Positions 24,933 through 31,817 of a stretch of 46,241 nt of DNA are shown here, one piece after another. The notes under the pieces are model-generated. The model had not been told where the DNA came from and ran no database searches. It worked only from the letters and a program-made list of their open reading frames with translations. Location: positions 1 to 46,241 of the forward strand of contig CAVHGD010000009.1 of assembly GCA_963635385.1 (NCBI GenBank). Reading direction: 5' to 3'. Source of the stretch: Dialister sp. CAG:486 (GTDB lineage Bacteria > Bacteroidota > Bacteroidia > Bacteroidales > Paludibacteraceae). The position numbers were made by a program, and so were the translations under genes. Position 1 is the first letter of the stretch. Every line of letters begins with the position of its first letter.

Positions 24933-24964
24933 CAAAGATACTACTTTTGACGGAACTATGCAAA
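24933..24964 (-). promoter_or_regulatory. Canonical minus-strand promoter (TTTG-N20-TATCTTTG) about 410 nt upstream of the lipoprotein ATG
   Basis: Plus-strand CAAAGATA at 24933-24940 and CAAA at 24961-24964. Confidence 0.45.
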
Positions 24965-25204
24965 TACAAAGGGGGTATTTGATGGAGAGAAAAGAGAATA
25001 AGGATGTACAGAAATAGAATTGCTAGTCGTTGGGGATTTGTGTTTTTTTGGGGGCGTATGGAGATGTTTTTGGGTGGCTTTAGGGGAGGTCGTTGAGGAG
25101 AATTAGGATTGGCGTTGATGTGGCTATGGGAGAATTTTGGAGTGGATGCGGGGTGGGTTCAAAGTAGCTTCGAGGTGGCTAAAAAGTATTCAGAAAGTAT
25201 TCGT

Positions 25205-25240
25205 ATGCTTCGGTTATGCTTCGGTTATGTTTCGGTTATC
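25205..25240. repeat. Three tandem copies of an 11-12 bp unit (ATGCTTCGGTT)
   Basis: ATGCTTCGGTTATGCTTCGGTTATGTTTCGGTTATC, read directly. Confidence 0.8.
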
Positions 25241-25509
25241 CTATACGCAGGTCTCGGAAAAGACAGGGAGAGAAAGTGTGGAGATTTTCGTGAGGGTGAG
25301 GGGTGAGAGTTGAGGGGTGATAGCAGTTGTTCGGAATGGTTGAGTGCTTAGTGTTTAGAGTTTATCACAGTTTTTGGGAGAGATTGAGTGTTTAGTGTTG
25401 AGAGTTTAGCGCAGTGGAGAGGGGATAGTTTGGAGCGGGTTGGCGGGGAATGGAGAAGGGGCAGGAAAAGGAGCGGGAGGGGTTTCTTGCGGGGTTTTAT
25501 CGCTCACGG

Positions 25510-25541
25510 CTTGCATACGTAGCGAAAAAGTAGTAACTTTG
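25510..25541 (+). promoter_or_regulatory. Candidate promoter for fumarate hydratase (CTTG-N20-TAACTTTG)
   Basis: TAACTTTG at 25534-25541 and CTTG at 25510-13. The site is about 185 nt upstream of the ATG at 25724. Confidence 0.4.
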
Positions 25542-25685
25542 CAGCCGTTCTGTGCAATGTGGCGAACAAGCGATTGAGCAATGGGGGATGTAGAATGGTA
25601 TGCTGTTTGATGTATGAAGGAGAGGAGATAGCAACAGAAAGGCATGGAAATGGGTAATTGTTCATTGGTAATTGCCACAGGACAG

Positions 25686-25718
25686 GCATGTTAATTGTTA
25701 ATTCTTAATTGTTAATTG
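25686..25718 (-). repeat. AATTAACA-word repeat, inverted copy (contains a perfect 18-mer core)
   Basis: GCATGTTAATTGTTAATT at 25686-25703 is the reverse complement of AATTAACAATTAACATGC. It is followed by CTTAATTGTTAATTG. Confidence 0.85.
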
Positions 25719-25723
25719 AAGAT

Positions 25724-27364
25724 ATGGAATTCAAGTATGCGCCGATGTTTCAACTCGGCAAAGACGAGACAGAGTATTACCTGCTGACCAAAGACTTCGT
25801 GTCAGTGGGCGAGTTCGAAGGAAAACCCATCCTGAAAATAGAAAAGGAAGGTCTGACACGCATGGCACAACAAGCCTTCCACGACGTGAGCTTCATGCTG
25901 CGCCGCTCACACAACGAGCAAGTGGCCAAGATACTGCGCGACCCCGAGGCAAGCGCCAACGACAAGTATGTGGCACTCACCTTCTTGCGCAACGCCGAGG
26001 TGGCCTGCAAAGGGCAGTTGCCCCTCTGCCAAGATACCGGTACCGCCATTGTGCATGGCGAGAAAGGGCAGCAAGTATGGACCGGCTACTCGGACGAAGA
26101 GGCGCTGAGCCACGGCGTATACAACACCTACACGCAAGACAACTTGCGCTACTCACAGAACGCGCCGCTCTCGATGTACGAGGAGGTGAACACCAAGTGC
26201 AACCTGCCCGCACAGATAGACATTGAGGCCACCGAAGGCATGGAGTACCGTTTCCTGTGCGTGACCAAAGGCGGCGGCTCTGCCAACAAGACCTATCTCT
26301 ACCAAGAGACCAAGGCCCGCATACAGAACCCCGGCACCCTCATTCCGTTCCTTGTGGAGAAGATGAAGAGCCTCGGTACTGCGGCTTGCCCACCCTACCA
26401 TATCGCCTTTGTGATTGGCGGCACGAGCGCTGAGAAGAACCTGCTCACCGTCAAGTTGGCCTCGACCCACTACTACGACAACCTGCCGACCACGGGCGAC
26501 GAGACCGGGCGTGCCTTCCGCGATATAGAGCTCGAGAAACAGCTGCTGCAAGAGGCCTACAAGATAGGCTTGGGCGCTCAGTTCGGCGGCAAATATATGG
26601 CACACGACGTTCGCGTGGTGCGTCTGCCCCGACACGGCGCAAGCTGCCCCATCGGATTGGGCGTAAGCTGCTCCGCCGACCGTAACATCAAGTGCAAGAT
26701 AAACAAAGACGGTATCTGGATTGAGCGCATGGACAACAACCCGGGCAGTCTGATTCCCGCCGAGCTTCGACAAGCAGGCGAAGGCGATGCCGTGCGCATC
26801 GACCTCAACCAACCCATGCGGGATGTATGCAATATACTGACGCAATACCCGATTGGCACACGCCTCTCGCTGAACGGCACCATCATTGTGGGGCGCGACA
26901 TTGCGCACGCAAAGATTAAGGCCCGCCTCGACGCCGGCGAGCCGATGCCCGAATACCTGAAGAATCACCCTATCTACTATGCAGGCCCCGCCAAGACCCC
27001 TGCCGGCATGGCGTGCGGCTCGATGGGACCGACGACCGCCGGCCGTATGGACCCGTATGTAGATGAGTTCCAAGACCACGGAGGCTCGCTCATCATGCTG
27101 GCAAAGGGCAACCGCTCGATAGACGTGACCAATGCCTGCCAAAAGCACGGCGGATTCTACCTCGGCTCGATTGGCGGTCCTGCGGCCATCTTGGCACAAG
27201 AGAACATCAAGTCGATTGAGTGCGTGGAATACCCCGAGCTCGGCATGGAGGCAATATGGAAAATTGAGGTGGAGAACTTCCCCGCATTCATATTGGTGGA
27301 TGACAAGGGCAACGACTTCTTCAAACAACTGAAGCCTTGCACTGGATGCTCCATACTCAATTAA
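25724..27364 (+). CDS. Class I (Fe-S, FumA/FumB-type) fumarate hydratase
   Basis: The ORF track starts at a TTG at 25709, inside the repeat. I prefer the ATG at 25724 ([14 protein letters not shown]...). Motifs: [36 protein letters not shown], and a C-terminal beta-subunit-like domain. Confidence 0.92.
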   Translation: MEFKYAPMFQLGKDETEYYLLTKDFVSVGEFEGKPILKIEKEGLTRMAQQAFHDVSFMLRRSHNEQVAKILRDPEASANDKYVALTFLRNAEVACKGQLPLCQDTGTAIVHGEKGQQVWTGYSDEEALSHGVYNTYTQDNLRYSQNAPLSMYEEVNTKCNLPAQIDIEATEGMEYRFLCVTKGGGSANKTYLYQETKARIQNPGTLIPFLVEKMKSLGTAACPPYHIAFVIGGTSAEKNLLTVKLASTHYYDNLPTTGDETGRAFRDIELEKQLLQEAYKIGLGAQFGGKYMAHDVRVVRLPRHGASCPIGLGVSCSADRNIKCKINKDGIWIERMDNNPGSLIPAELRQAGEGDAVRIDLNQPMRDVCNILTQYPIGTRLSLNGTIIVGRDIAHAKIKARLDAGEPMPEYLKNHPIYYAGPAKTPAGMACGSMGPTTAGRMDPYVDEFQDHGGSLIMLAKGNRSIDVTNACQKHGGFYLGSIGGPAAILAQENIKSIECVEYPELGMEAIWKIEVENFPAFILVDDKGNDFFKQLKPCTGCSILN

Positions 27365-27391
27365 CAGGTAACAATTAACAATTAACATGCA
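27358..27391 (+). repeat. AATTAACA-word repeat, direct copy (18-mer core at 27373-27390)
   Basis: CAATTAACAGGTAACAATTAACAATTAACATGCA overlaps the fumarase stop codon (27362-27364). Confidence 0.85.
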
Positions 27392-27418
27392 GGGCTGCGC
27401 ATAATTCGAATAGGCAGA

Positions 27419-28258
27419 ATGGGAAATCAACAACAGCAGAGTTTTTGGCAACGCATACGCCGTAAGTATCGGATAGCGGTGCTCGACGAGGGTACGCTCA
27501 ACGAACGGTGGCATCTGCGCCTCAGCGGGTTAGGCTCGCTGAGTCTGCTTTTTCTGCTGTTCCTGCTCACGCTGGCGGTTTTCTCCCTGCTGATAGTCTA
27601 TACGCCGATACGCACCATCCTGCCCGGCTACAGCGAAGACCTACGACGCCAACTGATTGTGGAGTCGGCTCGCGTGGATTCGATATCGACCTCGCTCGAT
27701 GTACAGCGGCAATACCTCGATGTCATCAAGCAGATTACGGCCGGCGAGGTGCAGTCCGACACGGTGCAACCCATCGACACGGTGCAGCTGATAGCGCGGG
27801 AAAAGATACTGCAAGAAGCCAAGAACGATGCACTCGCCGAGTTTGTGGCGCAATACGAGGAAAAGGAGAAAGACAACCTCTCGCTGTTTGATATTCAGCA
27901 CACACAGCCTATCATCAGCCTGTTTCGGCCTGTGCGAGGCGCTGTGCTGACGCATTGTATGCCCGAACAAGGACAGTATGCCGTGCTACTGCGCACCACC
28001 GACCACGAGAATGTCTGCTCCGTGCTGGCGGGGACCCTCATCTACACCTCGCACGAGCTGGACAATACGCACACCGTGGTGGTGCAGCACCAAGACTATG
28101 TCAGCATCTATCGCGGCGTGGAGTCGGTGCTCAAAACGATTGGCAGCAGCGTTCAGTCCGGCGAGACCATTGCCCTGATGGGGGCTGAAGGCACGCTCTC
28201 GTTTGAGCTATGGCGCAACGGACAGACCATCAATCCCGAAGAGGTAATTGCTTTCTAA
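27419..28258 (+). CDS. Membrane-anchored M23/LytM-domain protein, catalytically degenerate
   Basis: 279 aa. It has an N-terminal TM and a C-terminal LytM-like fold (...GETIALMGAEGTLSFELWRNGQTINP). The HxxxD position reads YAVLL and HLHFE reads TLSFE. Confidence 0.7.
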   Translation: MGNQQQQSFWQRIRRKYRIAVLDEGTLNERWHLRLSGLGSLSLLFLLFLLTLAVFSLLIVYTPIRTILPGYSEDLRRQLIVESARVDSISTSLDVQRQYLDVIKQITAGEVQSDTVQPIDTVQLIAREKILQEAKNDALAEFVAQYEEKEKDNLSLFDIQHTQPIISLFRPVRGAVLTHCMPEQGQYAVLLRTTDHENVCSVLAGTLIYTSHELDNTHTVVVQHQDYVSIYRGVESVLKTIGSSVQSGETIALMGAEGTLSFELWRNGQTINPEEVIAF

Positions 28259-28276
28259 CGCTTACATCTCAGAACA

Positions 28277-29443
28277 TTGGATACTACACAGAATAAAAAA
28301 CAAATCGCCCTATTAGGCAGCACCGGCAGCATCGGCACACAGACGTTAGATGTGGTGCGCAACCATCCCGATCGATTCGAGGTGTATGCGCTGTCGGCAC
28401 ACCGAAGCATCGACCTGCTGATTCGACAGGCACGCGAGTTCCACCCCGAAGTGGTCTGCATAGCTGACGAGACGCTCTACGAGCCGCTGCGGGATGCATT
28501 GGCCGATATGCCGATCAAAATATGGGCGGGCGCCGATGCCATTGCCGATATGGTAACGATGCCGAGCATTGACGTGGTGGTGGCCGCCATGGTGGGCTAC
28601 GCCGGGTTGCGCCCGACCATTGCCGCCATCCGTGCGGGCAAGACGATTGCACTCGCCAACAAGGAGACGTTGGTGGTGGCAGGCGACCTGATAAGCCGTT
28701 TGGCGCAAGAGCACCATACGCCCATCCTGCCGGTGGATAGCGAACACTCGGCAATATTCCAATCGCTTGCGGGCGAGGGGGACAACGAGATAGAAAAGAT
28801 ACTGCTCACCGCAAGCGGAGGGCCATTCCGCACCTTCTCGCTGGAACAGATGCGTACCGTTACGGCAGAACAGGCGCTGCACCACCCGAACTGGGACATG
28901 GGCGCCAAGATAACCATCGACTCGGCAAGCATGATGAACAAAGGCTTTGAGGTGATTGAAGCCAAGTGGCTGTTCGGGGTGCCCGTGGAGAAGATACAAG
29001 TGCTGGTCCATCCGCAGTCGATTGTCCATTCGGCGGTGCAGTTTGTGGACGGAGCGGTCAAAGCGCAACTCGGCACACCCGATATGCATTTGCCCATTCA
29101 GTATGCCCTATCCTATCCCGAACGCATCAGCAACCCTGCCGACCGACTCGACTTGTTTCGGGCGCACACGCTCACCTTTGAGGAGCCCGACCCCGAACGA
29201 TTCCCCAACCTGCGCCTTGCCTACGAGGCAACGCAACGAGGGGGGAATATGCCGTGCGTGCTGAATGCCGCCAACGAGGTGGTGAATCTCGCTTTCCGAG
29301 AGGGGAAATGCGGGTTCTTGCAGATGTCGGAAGTGATAGCCAAGACCCTGCAGCATGTAGATTTTATCCCTACCCCAACCTACGAGGACTATGTCGAGAC
29401 CGACCAAATAGCTCGAAACATTGCAAAACAATTGGTCTTGTAA
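28277..29443 (+). CDS. dxr: 1-deoxy-D-xylulose 5-phosphate reductoisomerase
   Basis: 388 aa. Motifs: LGSTGSIGTQTLDV, ANKETLV, DSEHSAIFQ, LTASGGPFR, HPNWDMG. There is no ATG before the GSTGSIG motif, so the TTG at 28277 is the likely start. Confidence 0.92.
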   Translation: MDTTQNKKQIALLGSTGSIGTQTLDVVRNHPDRFEVYALSAHRSIDLLIRQAREFHPEVVCIADETLYEPLRDALADMPIKIWAGADAIADMVTMPSIDVVVAAMVGYAGLRPTIAAIRAGKTIALANKETLVVAGDLISRLAQEHHTPILPVDSEHSAIFQSLAGEGDNEIEKILLTASGGPFRTFSLEQMRTVTAEQALHHPNWDMGAKITIDSASMMNKGFEVIEAKWLFGVPVEKIQVLVHPQSIVHSAVQFVDGAVKAQLGTPDMHLPIQYALSYPERISNPADRLDLFRAHTLTFEEPDPERFPNLRLAYEATQRGGNMPCVLNAANEVVNLAFREGKCGFLQMSEVIAKTLQHVDFIPTPTYEDYVETDQIARNIAKQLVL

Positions 29444-29487
29444 GTTAGTCTGTTTGTAAGTTTGTCTGTTTGTAAGTTTGTAAATGG
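29440..29487. repeat. GTTTGTAAGTTTGT word repeat between dxr and rseP
   Basis: GTAAGTTAGTCTGTTTGTAAGTTTGTCTGTTTGTAAGTTTGTAAATGG contains TAAGTTTG (a TAnnTTTG match) at 29457-29464 and 29473-29480. Confidence 0.75.
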
Positions 29488-29576
29488 ATTCGTGGGAGGA
29501 TGGTTACAGGGGGCATTTACAAAGTTAGTTAGATACAAAAGAGATTGATATAATTCTTAATTCATAATTCGCATCC

Positions 29577-31118
29577 ATGCAGTGGATTCAACTCATTTTA
29601 GCGCTTAGTTTCTTAGTTGTTATACACGAACTCGGACACTTCACCTTTGCCCGCATATTCAAAGTGCGGGTCGAGAAATTCTATATGTTCTTCAACCCCC
29701 AAATCTCGCTATTCCGTGCCAAGAAAGTGGATGGCAAGTGGAGGGTGCGGTTCTTTGCCAAGAACATTGAGCCGGCCATTGTGCCGTTGAAGGACGAGAT
29801 TACTCACCAAGACAAATTAGACGAGAAGGGCAATCCCCTATTCCGCCCGATGACGGATGAGGAGCGCAGCGCTCTGCCCGAAGGCGACTGGCGGCGCGAC
29901 CCCGACAACACCGAATGGGGTATCGGTTGGGTGCCGTTCGGCGGCTACTGCTCCATAGCAGGTATGGTGGATGAGACCAAATCGATTACCGACCTGCCGT
30001 CGGAGCCGCAAGCATGGGAGTTCCGCTCGAAGCCCGCTTGGCAACGGCTGCTCATCATCTTGGGCGGTATATTGGTCAATTTCATAGCCGCACTGGTGCT
30101 ATTCTCTATCCTGATTGGGCATTGGGGCACCGATACGCTGCCGCTCCGCAATATCGATTCGGGACTGTACTACTCCGAGATACTGCAACAGGAAGGCTTC
30201 CGCCAACAAGACAAGATACTGAGCATTGACGGACAAGAACCGCAAGAGCTGTCCGACGTGGTGCAATGGCTGATAATAGAGGGCAAACGCAATGTGGTCG
30301 TACTGCGGGGGCAAGATACACTCGGACTGGTGATGTCGAAAGACTTAGGCAAGCGGTACCTCGCCGCACAGAACGAATACGACCGTGAGGAGCGGCAGAA
30401 AGAGCACGCCGACGCCAACTATGTGCGCCGTCCGTTTGTGCTTATCACGGAATACATTCCTTTTGTAATTGACTCGGTAATGCCCGGAAATGCCGCCGCA
30501 CTGGCAGGACTGCAGGCGGGCGACAGCATTGTGGCCGTGGCGGGCGTACCCACTCCGTGCAGCGTGGAGGTGTCCGAAGAACTGCTACACCACCCATGCG
30601 ACAGCGTGACGATAGACTACTACCGCCATGGCGAGGCGCAAGTGGCACACCTGTTCATCGGCGACCAATGCCGCTTGGGCGTGTATCAGAAGTCTAAATA
30701 CGCTTTCTTCCCCATTGAACATACCGACTACTCGTTCTTTGAGGCGATACCCGCAGGCATAAAATACGGCTGGGACATGCTGGCGATGTATGTCAAGCAA
30801 TTCCGGCTGGTATTCACCAAGGAGGGGGCGCAGTCGGTAGGCGGATTCGGCGCTATCGGCAACATGTTCCCCACCTCGTGGAATTGGTACGCGTTCTGGC
30901 ACATGACCGCCTTCTTGAGCCTTATTCTCGCCTTTATGAACTTCCTGCCGATTCCCGCACTCGACGGCGGCTACATCCTGTTCCTGCTTTGGGAAATCAT
31001 TACTCGCCACAAACCGAGCGACAAGTTTCTGGAAGTGGCGAACAACATCGGATTCTGGCTGCTGCTGGCGCTGCTGATTTACGCTAACGGAAACGATATA
31101 TTCAAGGCGTTTTTCTAA
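29577..31118 (+). CDS. rseP: RIP metalloprotease RseP (site-2 protease, M50 family)
   Basis: 513 aa. HELGHF near the N-terminus, internal PDZ-like regions, and MNFLPIPALDGG near the C-terminus. The dxr-rseP synteny is conserved. Confidence 0.9.
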   Translation: MQWIQLILALSFLVVIHELGHFTFARIFKVRVEKFYMFFNPQISLFRAKKVDGKWRVRFFAKNIEPAIVPLKDEITHQDKLDEKGNPLFRPMTDEERSALPEGDWRRDPDNTEWGIGWVPFGGYCSIAGMVDETKSITDLPSEPQAWEFRSKPAWQRLLIILGGILVNFIAALVLFSILIGHWGTDTLPLRNIDSGLYYSEILQQEGFRQQDKILSIDGQEPQELSDVVQWLIIEGKRNVVVLRGQDTLGLVMSKDLGKRYLAAQNEYDREERQKEHADANYVRRPFVLITEYIPFVIDSVMPGNAAALAGLQAGDSIVAVAGVPTPCSVEVSEELLHHPCDSVTIDYYRHGEAQVAHLFIGDQCRLGVYQKSKYAFFPIEHTDYSFFEAIPAGIKYGWDMLAMYVKQFRLVFTKEGAQSVGGFGAIGNMFPTSWNWYAFWHMTAFLSLILAFMNFLPIPALDGGYILFLLWEIITRHKPSDKFLEVANNIGFWLLLALLIYANGNDIFKAFF

Positions 31119-31175
31119 ATCCGCTATCTAGATTGTAAGGTATCCGAGTATAGAACACGAAATAAAAAGCCGCCT

Positions 31176-31772
31176 ATGCAAACCACACACGATGACTATT
31201 TTGTTCACCCCTCCTCGTACATCGACGACGGATGTAGTATCGGGCGAGGCACGAAGATTTGGCACTTCTCGCACATCATGGCGGGCTGCACGATAGGCGA
31301 AGACTGCAACATCGGACAGAATGTGGTGATATCGCCGCAAGTGGTATTAGGGCGCAACTGCAAGATACAGAACAATGTGTCGGTCTATACGGGGGTGCGC
31401 TGCGAAGACGATGTGTTTTTGGGGCCGAGCATGGTATTCACCAATGTGATCAATCCGCGTGCTGCCGTAAGCCGCAAATCGGAATATCGGGAGACCCTCA
31501 TCCGTCGGGGCGCCTCGGTGGGGGCCAACGCAACCATCGTTTGCGGACATAATTTGGGCGCCTACTGTATGATTGGAGCCGGCTCGGTGGTGACCAAAGA
31601 TGTGCCGGATTTTGCACTGATGGTCGGCAATCCTGCCCGCCGTATCGGTTGGGTGAGCCGATACGGCGAGAAGCTCCGTTTTGATGAACAGGGCTACGCC
31701 ACCTGTCCCGCCACAGGCGAACGCTACCGATTGGAAAATGATCGTGTAACGCTACTGGCCGAACCCCACTAA
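31176..31772 (+). CDS. Hexapeptide-repeat (left-handed beta-helix) sugar N-acetyltransferase, WbpD/WlbB-like
   Basis: 198 aa. CKIQNNVSVY, GPSMVFTNVINPRA, SEYRETLIRRGASVGANATIVCG and ALMVGNPARRIGWVSRYGEKL closely parallel my recollection of P. aeruginosa WbpD. Confidence 0.8.
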   Translation: MQTTHDDYFVHPSSYIDDGCSIGRGTKIWHFSHIMAGCTIGEDCNIGQNVVISPQVVLGRNCKIQNNVSVYTGVRCEDDVFLGPSMVFTNVINPRAAVSRKSEYRETLIRRGASVGANATIVCGHNLGAYCMIGAGSVVTKDVPDFALMVGNPARRIGWVSRYGEKLRFDEQGYATCPATGERYRLENDRVTLLAEPH

Positions 31773-31817
31773 CAAGCCAATCCACTCTCCGAAATCCTAT
31801 AAAACGAGTAATCCAAT

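Noticed and set aside
20580-24964. Annotating the low-GC island as a defined mobile element or prophage
   Set aside because: I could find no integrase, transposase, relaxase or phage structural gene, no tRNA target and no clear flanking direct repeats. Only the compositional break supports a foreign origin.
24805-25306. 70-aa and 65-aa plus-strand ORFs in the long spacer
   Set aside because: They have no ribosome-binding context or motifs. The second lies in C-depleted low-complexity DNA, which inevitably gives open G/W/V/E-rich frames.
26153-27514. 453-aa minus-strand ORF opposite fumarate hydratase
   Set aside because: It is an antisense shadow of a strongly supported class I fumarase CDS.
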